DNA of 64,000 nucleotides from Gemmatimonadota bacterium (GCA_021298395.1 JAJTFH010000003.1:16138-80137); one strand, 5' to 3'. Positions 47,273 to 57,241 are shown, counted from the first letter of the stretch. Made by a program: numbers and translations. Notes: generated by a model from the letters alone, not told the origin.

Positions 47273-47772
47273 TGGCGGAGTTCATCGGGATGCCGGACGG
47301 CGCTGGCAAGCGTCTCGTGATCGTCGCGGCGCGCTTCAATGAATCGATCACCGACAGGCTCGTCGATGGCGCGCTCGAGGCCTGCCTCAAGCATGGGATG
47401 CGGCTCGAGGACGTCGATGTGGTGCGGGTCCCTGGCGCCTGGGAGCTCCCCCCCGCGGTGGCGCGCGCGCTGCAGACCGAGCGCTACGATGCCTGCGTCG
47501 CACTCGGCGCCGTCGTGCGCGGTGATACGCCGCACTTCGATTTCGTCGCCGGAGAGGCCTCGCGTGGGCTCGCGCTGTTGCAAGGGGAGTTCGGGGTCCC
47601 GATCGGGTTCGGGCTCCTCACCTGCGATACGATGGCGCAGGCCGAGGCGCGTGCTGGGGGCGCGCATGGCAACAAGGGGTGGGACGCCACGCTGGCGGTG
47701 CTCGAGATGGCCGATCTCTTCGGGCGACTCGACCTCACCGACGCGGAGGATGGCGATGCCGGCACGGCGTGA
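47272..47772 (+). CDS. ribH: 6,7-dimethyl-8-ribityllumazine synthase
   Basis: ATG 47272 (1-nt overlap with the ribBA stop). 166 aa, with IVAARFNESITDRL, VPGAWELP and GVPIGFGLLT. Confidence 0.93.
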   Translation: MAEFIGMPDGAGKRLVIVAARFNESITDRLVDGALEACLKHGMRLEDVDVVRVPGAWELPPAVARALQTERYDACVALGAVVRGDTPHFDFVAGEASRGLALLQGEFGVPIGFGLLTCDTMAQAEARAGGAHGNKGWDATLAVLEMADLFGRLDLTDAEDGDAGTA

Positions 47773-48178
47773 GACCCGCGGGCGCACGCGTGCCCTGCAA
47801 GCGGTCTACGCGTGGGACGTGCGCGGTGGGGACGCCGATCTCTCGCGTGTGGCGATGAATGTCTGGGACGATCTCGCGATCGCACCGGACGAGCGCGCCT
47901 TCGCCGAGGCCCTCGTGAGGCGGATCGTCGCCGAGCGGGCGGAGATCGACTCGGAGCTCGGTGAGGTGACGACGAACTGGCGCTTGGAACGGCTCGGGCA
48001 TATCGAGCGCTCGGTGCTGCGCGTCGCGGCGGCGGAGCTTCGGCAGGGCGGGACCCCGCCGCGGGTCGTGATCCAGGAGGCGGTGCGGCTCGCCGAGCGC
48101 TACGGCACCGAACCCGCGGCGCGCTTCGTGAACGGGGTGCTCGACGCGCTCGCTCGACGGATCGGCAGTCTCGCGTGA
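47750..48178 (+). CDS. nusB: Transcription antitermination factor NusB
   Basis: ATG 47750 (or 47756), overlapping the ribH 3' end. About 142 aa, with RALQAVYAWD and ERLGHIERSVLRVAAAEL. The ribH-nusB adjacency is widely conserved. Confidence 0.88.
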   Translation: MAMPARRETRGRTRALQAVYAWDVRGGDADLSRVAMNVWDDLAIAPDERAFAEALVRRIVAERAEIDSELGEVTTNWRLERLGHIERSVLRVAAAELRQGGTPPRVVIQEAVRLAERYGTEPAARFVNGVLDALARRIGSLA

Positions 48179-49296
48179 GACTGCTCGCCGTCAATTGGCA
48201 GGATCTGGAGAATCCGCTTGGCGGGGGGGCGGAGATCCACCTGCAGGAGATCCTCGAGCGGCTCGCGGGCTGGGGGCATGAGGTCGTCCTCCTCTGCGGC
48301 GGCTGGCCCGGGTGCCCGCCTCGTGCGACCCGGAATGGCGTCGAGATCCATCGCGTGGGGACGCGGCAGAGCTTCCCCTTCCATGCGCGTCGGTATTGGG
48401 AGCACCACCTCAAGGGGCGCGGATTCGACCTCCTCTACGAGGACATCAACAAGATCCCGCTCTATACCCCCCGCTGGGGGGCGCGGCGCGTCGTCGCCGT
48501 GATCCCGCATCTCTTCGGGGGCGCGGCCTTCCAGGAACTGAATCCGGTGCTCGCGACCGCGGTCTGGCTGAGTGAGCGGCCGCTCGCGATGATGTATCGG
48601 GGCGTGCCGTTCCAGGCGATCAGCGAGAGCACCGCCGACGATCTCGTCGATCGCGGGATCCCCCGTGAGCGCGTGGTGGTGATCCCGCCCGGCGTCTCGA
48701 GCGACTACTACACCCCGGATGCGACGCAGCGGGCGGCCGTCCCGACCTTTGCCTATCTCGGTCGTCTCAAGAAGTACAAAGGGGTCGATCAGGTCATCCG
48801 CGCCTTTGCCCGCGTCACGGCCCCGGGTGCGGTGCTCGAGATCGCCGGAGCGGGGGACTATCGTCCCGCGCTCGAGCGGCTCATCGCCTCGCTTGACCTC
48901 GCCGACCGCGTGCGTTTCCTTGGCTTCATCACCGAGGAGGAGAAGCTCGCCTTGCTGCGTCGCGCCTGGGCCGTGGCCCTCGCCTCACCCAAGGAGGGAT
49001 GGGGCCTCACCAACGTCGAGGCCGAGGCCTGCGGCACGCCAGTGGTCGCGTCGAACTCCCCGGGGATCCGCGAGTCGGTGCGGCATGGCGAGACGGGGTT
49101 CCTCGTCCCGCATGGCGATGTCGCCGCGATGGTCGAGGCCATGAACCGCCTCGCGGCCGATCCCGCCCTCGTCGCCTCGATGGGGGCCAACGCGCGGCGC
49201 TTCGCCGCCTCATTCACCTGGGACCGCTGCGCGCGCGAGACCGAGGCGCATCTGCAGCTGGTCATCGACACCACGCCTGCGAGGACCCCACGATGA
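48175..49296 (+). CDS. GT4-family (GT-B fold) glycosyltransferase
   Basis: 373 aa. The N-terminal segment is GGAEIHLQEIL. The C-terminal GT1/GT4 core is EGWGLTNVEAEACGTPVVASN..G..E (E-x7-E region). GTGA overlap with nusB and ATGA overlap with hprK. Confidence 0.85.
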   Translation: MRLLAVNWQDLENPLGGGAEIHLQEILERLAGWGHEVVLLCGGWPGCPPRATRNGVEIHRVGTRQSFPFHARRYWEHHLKGRGFDLLYEDINKIPLYTPRWGARRVVAVIPHLFGGAAFQELNPVLATAVWLSERPLAMMYRGVPFQAISESTADDLVDRGIPRERVVVIPPGVSSDYYTPDATQRAAVPTFAYLGRLKKYKGVDQVIRAFARVTAPGAVLEIAGAGDYRPALERLIASLDLADRVRFLGFITEEEKLALLRRAWAVALASPKEGWGLTNVEAEACGTPVVASNSPGIRESVRHGETGFLVPHGDVAAMVEAMNRLAADPALVASMGANARRFAASFTWDRCARETEAHLQLVIDTTPARTPR

Positions 49297-50258
49297 CCCT
49301 CACCGTCGGCGCGCTCCTCGAGCAGACGCGTGACCTCCTCGAACTCGAACAGCTCGGCAGTGCCGATGGGTTGACGCGCGAGATCCCGTCCTCCGACGCC
49401 TCGGGACCCGGGATGGTCCTTGCCGGTTTCACCGAGCGCTTCGTCCACCAGCGCATCCAGGTGCTCGGTGAGACCGAGGTGACCTACCTCCGTTCGCTCG
49501 CGCCTGCCGAGCGGACGCGGATCCTGACGCTCCTGTTCCACTATCCCATCCCGTGCGTGATGGTGACCAAGGGGCTGACGCTCCCCGAGGGGGTGGAGTC
49601 GGCGGCGACCGCCGCCGGGGTCACGATCCTCCGGTCCCGGCTCAAGACATTCGAGTTCTATCGCCGCATCACCCCGTTCCTCGAGCAGGCCTTCGCGCCG
49701 ACCACCTCGCTCCACGGGTCGCTGGCGGATGTCTATGGTGTGGGGCTCCTCTTCACGGGCGCGAGTGGGATCGGCAAGTCGGAGTGCGTCCTCGATCTCG
49801 TCGAGCGGGGCCATCGCCTCGTCGCCGACGATCTCGTGATGGTGCGGCGCAAGGGCGCGGACATCCTCCTCGGCACCGGGCATCCGCTCCAGCGCCACTT
49901 CATGGAGATCCGCGGCGTCGGGCTCATCGATGTGCGCTCGATCTTCGGGATCCGCGCGGTCCGTCAGCAGAAGCGGATCGAGGTCGTCGTCGTGCTACAG
50001 GCCTGGCACGAGGGGATGGTCGCCGAACGCACCGGCTTGGACATGGAGACCACGGAGATCCTCGGCGTCTCGATCCCCAAGATCACGGTCCCGCTCAACC
50101 CCGGGAAGAATCTCACGGTGATCGCGGAGGTCATCGCGATGAATCACCTGATGCGCTATGCGGGCGAGGATCCGGCGCAGGCCTTCAACGAGCGACTCAA
50201 GGGACATCTGTTGGGCAAGGCCGAGGTGCAGCGCTATCTCCTCGACGATGATGAGTGA
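49293..50258 (+). CDS. hprK: HPr kinase/phosphorylase
   Basis: ATG 49293, inside ORF 48999..50258. Walker A is GASGIGKSECVLDL, with the HprK signature RHFMEIRGVGLIDV. Confidence 0.92.
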   Translation: MTLTVGALLEQTRDLLELEQLGSADGLTREIPSSDASGPGMVLAGFTERFVHQRIQVLGETEVTYLRSLAPAERTRILTLLFHYPIPCVMVTKGLTLPEGVESAATAAGVTILRSRLKTFEFYRRITPFLEQAFAPTTSLHGSLADVYGVGLLFTGASGIGKSECVLDLVERGHRLVADDLVMVRRKGADILLGTGHPLQRHFMEIRGVGLIDVRSIFGIRAVRQQKRIEVVVVLQAWHEGMVAERTGLDMETTEILGVSIPKITVPLNPGKNLTVIAEVIAMNHLMRYAGEDPAQAFNERLKGHLLGKAEVQRYLLDDDE

Positions 50259-50622
50259 GCGGCGCGCTGCCGTCGTCGCGGGGCATGGGCGCTTCGCCGA
50301 GGGGATCATCTCCGCCGTCGCGCAGGTGATGGGGGAGGGGCATGGCCTCGTGGCGGTGACCAACGCCGATCGCACGCCGGAGGGGATCGAGCAGGCGATC
50401 CGCGAGGCGCTCGACCGCACGGGAGCGACGGTGCTCTTCACCGATCTCCCCGCGGGAAGCTGCACCTTCGTCGGGGCGCGTCTCGCGCGCGCGGTCCCGC
50501 AGCTCCGCGTCGTCACCGGCACCTCGCTCCCGATGCTGCTGAGCTTCGTCTCGGGGGGCTCGCTCGAGAAGGTCGTCGAGCAGGCGCAGGCCGGGATCCG
50601 GGTGATCGGGGACGGGCGATGA
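50248..50622 (+). CDS. PTS EIIA component, mannose/fructose/sorbose family
   Basis: About 124 aa. AVVAGHGRFAEGIISAV gives the phospho-His context typical of EIIA-Man, and TDLPAGS is also present. Start is ATG 50248 or 50251, overlapping the hprK 3' end. Confidence 0.8.
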   Translation: MMSERRAAVVAGHGRFAEGIISAVAQVMGEGHGLVAVTNADRTPEGIEQAIREALDRTGATVLFTDLPAGSCTFVGARLARAVPQLRVVTGTSLPMLLSFVSGGSLEKVVEQAQAGIRVIGDGR

Positions 50623-51110
50623 CCCTCGAGCTCCTCCGCATCGATGACCGCCTCATCCATGGCCAGGTGGTCGTCGGGTGGGGACAGCCCTGCGAGATCG
50701 GGTTCTTCGTACTCGTGGACGATGCGATCGCCGAGGCCGAGTGGGAGCAGGAGCTCTATCGGATGGGGACGCCACCGGAGAAGGCGATCGCGTTCGTCAC
50801 CGTGGACCAGGCGGTGCAGCGGCTCGCCGACTATCAGGCTGACCCGCGCGTCGGGATGTTGCTCACCGGCGACATCGAGACGATGGACCGGCTCACCAGC
50901 GCGGCACCGAGCCTGCGCCACGTCACCATCGGCGGGCTCCACATGAAGCCGGGGCGCGTACAGCGGATGCGGTTCGTCTTCCTCTCGCCGGAGGAGGAGG
51001 CCCGGTTGCAGGCGATGGCGGCACGCGGCCTCACGGTCGTCGCGCAGGATGTGCCGAGCGCGCCGGTCACTCCGCTGGACGCGGTGCTGCGAGGGGACGG
51101 GACGGCATGA
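50619..51110 (+). CDS. PTS EIIB component, mannose family
   Basis: 163 aa. LLRIDDRLIHGQVVVGW is the EIIB-Man phospho-His signature. ATGA overlap with EIIA. Confidence 0.88.
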   Translation: MTLELLRIDDRLIHGQVVVGWGQPCEIGFFVLVDDAIAEAEWEQELYRMGTPPEKAIAFVTVDQAVQRLADYQADPRVGMLLTGDIETMDRLTSAAPSLRHVTIGGLHMKPGRVQRMRFVFLSPEEEARLQAMAARGLTVVAQDVPSAPVTPLDAVLRGDGTA

Positions 51111-51802
51111 TCCTGGCCGAGCTGCTCCCGCTCGCGCCGTTCATCGTGCTCGGCGCGCTCCTGGGGCTCGATGTGGTGGCCTTCCCACAGGCGATGATCT
51201 CGCGCCCGATCGTCGCCGCCACCGCGGCGGGGGCGCTCGCCGGGAACCCGCTCGGCGGGCTCACCATCGGGGTCGCGCTGGAATTCTTCGCCTTGGAGGC
51301 GATGCCCTTCGGGTCGTCGCGGTATCCGGAGTGGGGCTCTGCCGCCGTGATCGGTGGTGTGCTCTTCGGACGGGTCGAGGACGGGACGGCCGGGGCGCTG
51401 ACCGTCGCAGTCCTCATCGCGCTCGTCGCGGCGGGGATCGGCGGGACCTCGATGCATCTGCTGCGGCGTCTCAATGCCGCCGTGGCACGGAGGCAGCAGG
51501 CGCGGATCGCTCGGGGATCGGGGAGCGCCGTCACCGTCGTGCAACTGACCGGCCTCACGATCGATCTCGTGCGTGCGGGAGCGGTCACCGCGCTCATCCT
51601 CGCCCTCGCCGTCCCGCTCTACGATCGCCTCCTCGCGACCTTCGTCCTCACCCCGGTGATCTCCCGCGCCGTGGTCGTCGGCACCGCCTCGGCGGTCGGT
51701 CTAGCGGCGATCTGGAAGGTGACGCAGTCCACCGCCGGCGCACGGTGGTATCTCCTCTCTGGGCTGCTGCTCGGCTTCGGCGTCGCGTGGGGGGTCGCAT
51801 GA
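51107..51802 (+). CDS. PTS EIIC component, mannose family
   Basis: 231 aa polytopic membrane protein. It sits between EIIB and EIID, with ATGA overlaps on both sides. Confidence 0.78.
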   Translation: MILAELLPLAPFIVLGALLGLDVVAFPQAMISRPIVAATAAGALAGNPLGGLTIGVALEFFALEAMPFGSSRYPEWGSAAVIGGVLFGRVEDGTAGALTVAVLIALVAAGIGGTSMHLLRRLNAAVARRQQARIARGSGSAVTVVQLTGLTIDLVRAGAVTALILALAVPLYDRLLATFVLTPVISRAVVVGTASAVGLAAIWKVTQSTAGARWYLLSGLLLGFGVAWGVA

Positions 51803-52572
51803 CGGGTCGCAGGATGGACACGTCGCCTCGCCTCCCGGTGCGCACCTGGCTCGCCGTCTTCAGTCGCCTCTTCGCGATGCAGGGGGCGTTCAACTACGAG
51901 ACGATGATCGGCAACGGGATCGCCTTCGCGATGGAACCGGCGTTGCGACGGCTGCCGGGCGGACCTCGTGGGCCGGCCTATGCGGCGGCGCTCGGGCGCC
52001 ACAGCGGGTACTTCAATGCGCATCCCTACCTCGCGGCGGTCGCCGTCGGGGCGCTCATGCGCGCGGAGCTCGACGGGGTGCCCGCCGCGCAGATCGACCG
52101 GTTCCGCGTCGCAGCGGCGGGCCCGCTCGGGTCGGTGGGGGATCGGCTCGTCTGGGCGGGATGGCTCCCCCTCTGCTCGGCGATCGCTCTCCTCGCGTTC
52201 GGTCTGGGCGCGACTCCGTTAATGGTGTTGCTCCTCTTCCTCGGCGCCTACAATGTGTTGCACGTCGGGTTGCGCGTCTGGGGACTCTCGGTGGGGTGGA
52301 CCCATGGACTGCGGGTGGCGCGGGCGCTCGATGCGTGGATCCTGCGGCGTGGGCCGGCGCACATGGGGCGCGCCACCGCCTTCGTCGCGGGGGTGGCGCT
52401 CCCGGTCGCGGCCCATGGGATCATCGGACCGGGGCGCGCCCTGTTGGGCACCGTGCTCGCGAGTGTCGCCGTCAGTGCCGCCATCGTGACGGCGCTGCGC
52501 GGGAAGGCGGAAGGGTGGCAGCTCGCCATCGTCGTGTTGTTGGGATTCACCATCTACGGAGTCGCGCGCTGA
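51799..52572 (+). CDS. PTS EIID component, mannose family
   Basis: ATG 51799, inside ORF 51049..52572. 257 aa, with RLFAMQGAFNYETMIGNGIAFAMEP typical of the EIID N-terminus. Confidence 0.8.
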   Translation: MTGRRMDTSPRLPVRTWLAVFSRLFAMQGAFNYETMIGNGIAFAMEPALRRLPGGPRGPAYAAALGRHSGYFNAHPYLAAVAVGALMRAELDGVPAAQIDRFRVAAAGPLGSVGDRLVWAGWLPLCSAIALLAFGLGATPLMVLLLFLGAYNVLHVGLRVWGLSVGWTHGLRVARALDAWILRRGPAHMGRATAFVAGVALPVAAHGIIGPGRALLGTVLASVAVSAAIVTALRGKAEGWQLAIVVLLGFTIYGVAR

Positions 52573-52838
52573 TGGCCGAACGGACGGTGCGGGTCCAGAA
52601 CGCGCATGGCATCCATGCGCGACCGGCAGCGGAGATCGTCAAGTGCGCCGCGCGCTTCATCAGTCAGGTCACGATCGGCCGCGAGGGGCTCGAGGTGAAT
52701 GCCAAGAGCATCATGGGGGTCATGATGCTCGCCGCCGAATGTGGGGCGCAGGTGACGATCCGCGCCGATGGCCCCGACGCGGAGGCCGCGATCGACGCGA
52801 TCGCGGCGCTGATCGCCAGCCGCTTCGGCGAGAGCTGA
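52572..52838 (+). CDS. ptsH: Phosphocarrier protein HPr
   Basis: 88 aa. It has the His15 context NAHGIHARPA and the Ser46 context VNAKSIMGVM, which is the HprK target. Confidence 0.92.
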   Translation: MAERTVRVQNAHGIHARPAAEIVKCAARFISQVTIGREGLEVNAKSIMGVMMLAAECGAQVTIRADGPDAEAAIDAIAALIASRFGES

Positions 52839-52844
52839 GACCCG

Positions 52845-54611
52845 ATGGGCACGCCACTCCACGGGGTCTCCGCCTCGCCAGGGATCGTGATCGGGACCGC
52901 GCAGCTCCTGCGCTGGGAGGTCCCGGAGGTTCCGGTGCGGGTGATCGCCGACGAGGAGGTCCCATCGGAACTGGCGCGGCTCCATGCGGCGATCGCGGCT
53001 GCCGTCGAGCGGCTCCAGCTGTGCAAGGCGCGCGCGGAGCAGAACGCCGGCCCCGCCGAGGCGGCGATCTTCGACGTGCAGGTCGCGGTGCTCGGCGATG
53101 AGGCCCTGACCGGGGGGATCGAAGCGCTGATCCGACAGAACCTCGGGGCGGAGAAGGCGGTGGAGCTCGTCTTCCTCGAATGGCGCGAGCGCTTCACGCG
53201 CTCCACGAATCCGCTGATGCGCGAGCGCGCCGGTGATCTGGTCGATATCGAGATCCGGCTCCTCTCGATCCTGCTCGGGCTCCCCGATGGGGATCCCGTG
53301 GCCGCGGGGCCCGATGGCGACACGATCCTCATCACGCACGATCTCACGCCGAGTCTGACGGTGCAGCTCGATCGATCGTCGATCCGCGGGATCGCGACCG
53401 ATGCGGGGACGCGCACCTCGCATGTGGCGATCCTCGCGCGCTCGCTCGGGATCCCCGCCGTGGTCGGCCTGATCGACGCGACCTCGCGGGTGCAGACCGG
53501 GGACCGCGTCATCCTCGATGCGACCAATGGCGAGCTGGTCCTGCGGCCGACGGCAGAGACCGTGGCGCGGTTCGCGGACCGAGCGCGGCAGGAGGCGGCC
53601 GTCCGTTCGGAGCTCGCCGCCATGACCACGGCCGAGGCCGTGACGACCGACGGGGTGCGCATCACCCTTCGGGCGAACGTCGATCTCCCCGATGAGGTGG
53701 AGCGACTCACGACGACAGGGGCGGAGGGGGTCGGCTTGATGCGCACCGAGTTCCTCGTGGTGGGCCGGACCGCGATGCCCACCGAGGACGAGCAGGTCGC
53801 GGCGTATCGCGCGGTGTTGGAGGCCTTCCCGGGGCAGCCGGTGGTGATCCGCACCTACGATGTGGGCGGGGACAAGCTCCCGGTGGGTGGGTTCCCGCAC
53901 GAGCCGAATCCCTTCCTGGGATGGCGGGCGATCCGCATGTGTCTCGACGAGCCGGACCTGTTCTCCGTCCAGCTGCGCGCGCTCTTGCGGGCTGCGGTCC
54001 ATGGCGATGTGCGCATCATGCTCCCCCTCGTCGTCGGGGTCGATGAGGTGCGGCAGACGCGCTCCCTCCTCCGGGAGGCGGCGGCCGAGCTCATGCGGTG
54101 TGGGGTCGCCCATCGGGCCGATGTCCCGCTGGGGATCATGGTGGAGACCCCGGCGGCGGCGCTCACCGCGGCGAGCTTCGCTGACGAGGTCGACTTCTTC
54201 AGCATCGGGACCAACGACCTGGTGCAGTACACCCTCGCGGTCGATCGGGGCAACGCCGCGCTCGTCACCCGCTTCACCCCATTGCATCCCGCGGTGCTCC
54301 GCCTGATCGAGGGCACGGTGCGCGACGCCGCGGCGGTGAGCCGCGACTGCAGCGTCTGTGGGGAGATGGCCTCGCAGCCGCTGATGGCGTACGCCCTCCT
54401 CGGGCTCGGGGTCCGGACGCTGAGCGTCTCGGCGGCGGCGATCCCGGTGGTGAAGCGGTTGATCCGCGGGGTGAGCCTCGGGGCCGCGGGGGCGGCGGCG
54501 CGTGCCGCGCTCCAGGCGGCCACGGCCCAGGAGGCGGAGCGACTCCTGCGGGACGCGCTCGCCGATGAGCTCGGGGCCGGGGTGACGGACGGGTTGCTGG
54601 GTCTCTCCTAG
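52845..54611 (+). CDS. ptsI: Phosphoenolpyruvate-protein phosphotransferase (PTS Enzyme I)
   Basis: 588 aa. It has the phospho-His context GTRTSHVAILARSLGIPAV, the PEP-utilising domain segment FFSIGTNDLVQYTLAVDR, and CGEMA. Confidence 0.95.
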   Translation: MGTPLHGVSASPGIVIGTAQLLRWEVPEVPVRVIADEEVPSELARLHAAIAAAVERLQLCKARAEQNAGPAEAAIFDVQVAVLGDEALTGGIEALIRQNLGAEKAVELVFLEWRERFTRSTNPLMRERAGDLVDIEIRLLSILLGLPDGDPVAAGPDGDTILITHDLTPSLTVQLDRSSIRGIATDAGTRTSHVAILARSLGIPAVVGLIDATSRVQTGDRVILDATNGELVLRPTAETVARFADRARQEAAVRSELAAMTTAEAVTTDGVRITLRANVDLPDEVERLTTTGAEGVGLMRTEFLVVGRTAMPTEDEQVAAYRAVLEAFPGQPVVIRTYDVGGDKLPVGGFPHEPNPFLGWRAIRMCLDEPDLFSVQLRALLRAAVHGDVRIMLPLVVGVDEVRQTRSLLREAAAELMRCGVAHRADVPLGIMVETPAAALTAASFADEVDFFSIGTNDLVQYTLAVDRGNAALVTRFTPLHPAVLRLIEGTVRDAAAVSRDCSVCGEMASQPLMAYALLGLGVRTLSVSAAAIPVVKRLIRGVSLGAAGAAARAALQAATAQEAERLLRDALADELGAGVTDGLLGLS

Positions 54612-54632
54612 CGGCCTAACGTTCAGAGATGC

Positions 54633-54663
54633 GGGCCGCCGCGTCGCGACGGCCCTTTCATTT
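54633..54663 (+). terminator. Candidate intrinsic terminator after ptsI
   Basis: GGGCCG (54633-54638) pairs with CGGCCC (54650-54655), followed by TTTCATTT. It lies 22 nt after the ptsI stop. This is the only hairpin with a T-rich tail that I found in the window. Confidence 0.5.
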
Positions 54664-54683
54664 CACCCCCACCTCTCTCACTC

Positions 54684-55862
54684 GTGCTGCATCGCCATCT
54701 CTTCACCTCCGAGTCGGTCACCGAAGGGCATCCGGACAAGGTCGCCGACCAGATCTCCGATGCCGTGCTCGACGCCCTCCTCGCGCAGGATCCGCACTCG
54801 CGCGTCGCCTGCGAGACGATGGTCACCACCGGGCTCGCGACGATCTTCGGTGAGGTCACGACCGCGGCGTGGGTCGACCTGCGCGCACTCGTGCGGCAGA
54901 CGATCGAGGGGATCGGCTACACCGAGGCGGGGATCGGCTTCGACGCGCATTCGTGCGCGGTGCTCAACGCGCTCGGCCAGCAGTCGCGTGATATCGGCCA
55001 GGGGGTCGACACCGGTGGCGCCGGCGACCAGGGGATGATGTTCGGCTTCGCCTGCGACGAGACCGAGGAGCTGATGCCCCTCCCGATCGTCCTCGCGCAC
55101 CGCCTCACCGAGGCGCTCGCCGCCCGTCGCAAGGACGGCACCCTCCCGTGGCTCCGCCCCGATGGGAAGTCGCAGGTCTCGGTCGTCTACGAGGATGGGC
55201 GCCCGGTCGAGGTCGACACCGTCGTCATCTCCACGCAGCACGCCGAATCGGTGGGGAACCGCGCGCTCCACCAGGCGGTCACGCGCGATATCATCGAGGC
55301 GGTGATCCCGCGCGAGCTGCGCGCCAAGAAGATGAAGCTGCACATCAACCCGACAGGGCGCTTCGTCGTCGGCGGCCCGCATGGCGATGCCGGTCTCACC
55401 GGGCGCAAGATCATCGTCGACACCTACGGCGGCTATGGCCGTCATGGGGGCGGCGCCTTCTCGGGGAAGGATCCGTCGAAGGTCGATCGCTCGGCGGCGT
55501 ACGCCGCGCGCTGGGTCGCCAAGAACATCGTCGCCGCCAAGCTCGCCTCGAAGTGCGAGGTCCAGCTCGCCTATGCGATCGGGGTGGCCAAGCCGGTCTC
55601 GGTGATGGTCGACACCTTTGGGACGAGCACCGTCGATGAGCGCGCGATCATGCGCGCGGTCGAGAAGACCTTTGACCTCACCCCGCGCGGTATCATCGAG
55701 GCGCTCGAGCTCAAGAAGCCGATCTATGGGCCGACCGCGGCCTACGGGCATTTCGGGCGGACCCCGGAGAAGGCGACGCGCCTCGGGAAGAAGGTCGAGC
55801 TCTTCACCTGGGAGAAGACGAACAAGGTCGCGGAGCTCAAGCGCGCCGTCCGCGCCGGGTGA
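54684..55862 (+). CDS. metK: S-adenosylmethionine synthetase
   Basis: 392 aa. Motifs are [23 protein letters not shown] and [12 protein letters not shown] start, with no obvious SD sequence. Confidence 0.95.
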   Translation: MLHRHLFTSESVTEGHPDKVADQISDAVLDALLAQDPHSRVACETMVTTGLATIFGEVTTAAWVDLRALVRQTIEGIGYTEAGIGFDAHSCAVLNALGQQSRDIGQGVDTGGAGDQGMMFGFACDETEELMPLPIVLAHRLTEALAARRKDGTLPWLRPDGKSQVSVVYEDGRPVEVDTVVISTQHAESVGNRALHQAVTRDIIEAVIPRELRAKKMKLHINPTGRFVVGGPHGDAGLTGRKIIVDTYGGYGRHGGGAFSGKDPSKVDRSAAYAARWVAKNIVAAKLASKCEVQLAYAIGVAKPVSVMVDTFGTSTVDERAIMRAVEKTFDLTPRGIIEALELKKPIYGPTAAYGHFGRTPEKATRLGKKVELFTWEKTNKVAELKRAVRAG

Positions 55863-57067
55863 GCACGCCCTTCGTCGGCGCGAACGCGCAGGGGTCATTC
55901 AGTCGGGCGGGGGGCCTCTGGCCCCTCGCCCGGCTGGCGTTTCTGCTCCTCTTGGCCGGCAGCTCCCCTCTGCAGGCGCAGGGTGAGGCGCGTTCCATCG
56001 CCGGTCGCGTCCTCCTGCCGGGTGCGACGAGGGCGGGTCTCCCCGTCGCCGGCGCCTGGGTGACGCTGCATCGCGTCGGCCCCGATGCCGCCGGTCCGAT
56101 CGACTCGATGCGCACGTCGCGCGATGGGCGGTACGACTTCCGATACAAGGCCACCGGCGACACGAGCGCGATCTACTTCGTCTCCACGAGCCGGGGTGGG
56201 GTCGCCTACTTCACCCCCCCCGTTCGCGAGCGCGCCGTGCGCGATGGGATCGCTGAGATCCAGGTGCACGATACCACCAGTGCACCCCTCGCGATTCGGA
56301 CCGTGGGACGTCACCTGATCATCACCGCGCCGGATTCCGCGACACGCACCACGCGCACGGTGGTCGAGATCTACGAGCTGTCGAACGATTCGTCGCGAAC
56401 GCGCGTGGCCGCGGGGGCGAGTGGCTTCACCTTCGACGCGGTGCTCCCCACCGGCGTGACCGAGGTGACCCCCGGGCCGGGCGATGTCTCACCCGAGGCG
56501 ATCCGTGTGGTCGACGGGCGGGTGCGCGTGAACGCGCCGATCTCCCCTGGGGTGCGGCAGATCGCCTTCTCGTATGAGGTCCCGGCGAACCGCGATCCCC
56601 TCGAGTTCCTCGTCGAATCGCCGGTCGCGCTCCTCGAGGTCTTGGTGGAGTCGCCGGAGGCGATCGCGAGCGGGGGGCGCCTCGTGGCGGACGCACCGGT
56701 GCAGATCGAAGGGCGCCCCTTCAAGCGCTTCGAGGCGAAGGAGGTGGCGGCGGCCCAGACGATCACGGTGACGCTCCCCGCTGGCGGCGCGGGCGGGACG
56801 AATCGCGTGATGCTCATCGTCGCGCTCGTCGGTGGCGCGCTCGCGCTCGCGCTCCTGCTCGCCCTCCGGCGCTCGCTCACGGCGCCACGCACGCGGCGCA
56901 GCGGGGATGATGCCGAGGCCATCGCCTTGGAGATCGCCACGCTCGACGCGGCCTTTGAGCGGCGCTCGACCCCGACCGAGGGGGAGCGGACCGAGTACGA
57001 GCTTGCGCGCCGTCAGCTGAAGGACCGCTTGGACGACGTCCTTGCCAACCGGAGCACCCGACCGTAG
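55859..57067 (+). CDS. Hypothetical envelope protein: signal/anchor, CarboxypepD_reg-like beta-sandwich, C-terminal TM, charged helical tail
   Basis: 402 aa. GTGA overlap with the metK stop. Signal-like segment [27 protein letters not shown]...[11 protein letters not shown]...[11 protein letters not shown] resembles a carboxypeptidase-regulatory-like fold. A TM helix [18 protein letters not shown] lies near residue 320, followed by a charged tail. Confidence 0.55.
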   Translation: MSTPFVGANAQGSFSRAGGLWPLARLAFLLLLAGSSPLQAQGEARSIAGRVLLPGATRAGLPVAGAWVTLHRVGPDAAGPIDSMRTSRDGRYDFRYKATGDTSAIYFVSTSRGGVAYFTPPVRERAVRDGIAEIQVHDTTSAPLAIRTVGRHLIITAPDSATRTTRTVVEIYELSNDSSRTRVAAGASGFTFDAVLPTGVTEVTPGPGDVSPEAIRVVDGRVRVNAPISPGVRQIAFSYEVPANRDPLEFLVESPVALLEVLVESPEAIASGGRLVADAPVQIEGRPFKRFEAKEVAAAQTITVTLPAGGAGGTNRVMLIVALVGGALALALLLALRRSLTAPRTRRSGDDAEAIALEIATLDAAFERRSTPTEGERTEYELARRQLKDRLDDVLANRSTRP

Positions 57068-57082
57068 GTTCGCAGGACAACT

Positions 57083-57241
57083 GAAGACGAACGCGGGACA
57101 CGGAAGCCGGTGTGAATCCGGCGCGGCCCCGCCACTGTGACGGGTAGGAGGACGAGTTCCCCACGGCAGACCACTGCGCGAACGATTGCGCGGGAAGGTG
57201 TGGGGGACGACCCGGAGCCAGGAGACGACTCGCGTTCGTGC
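57083..57241 (+). promoter_or_regulatory. Cobalamin (B12) riboswitch
   Basis: The conserved core is ggaagccggtgtgaatccggcgcggccccgccactgtgac, with a B12-box-like cagaccactg and gagccaggagac. The closing helix pairs gacgaacgcg (about 57087) with cgcgttcgtg (about 57231). It lies immediately upstream of BtuF/C/D-like genes and a TonB-dependent receptor. Confidence 0.85.

Noticed and set aside
54612-54683. A possible SAM-responsive riboswitch upstream of metK.
   Set aside because: The spacer is only 72 nt, and about half of it is the ptsI terminator-like hairpin. I see no SAM-I, SAM-II or SAM/SAH-like conserved core. A covariance-model scan would be needed to exclude it formally.
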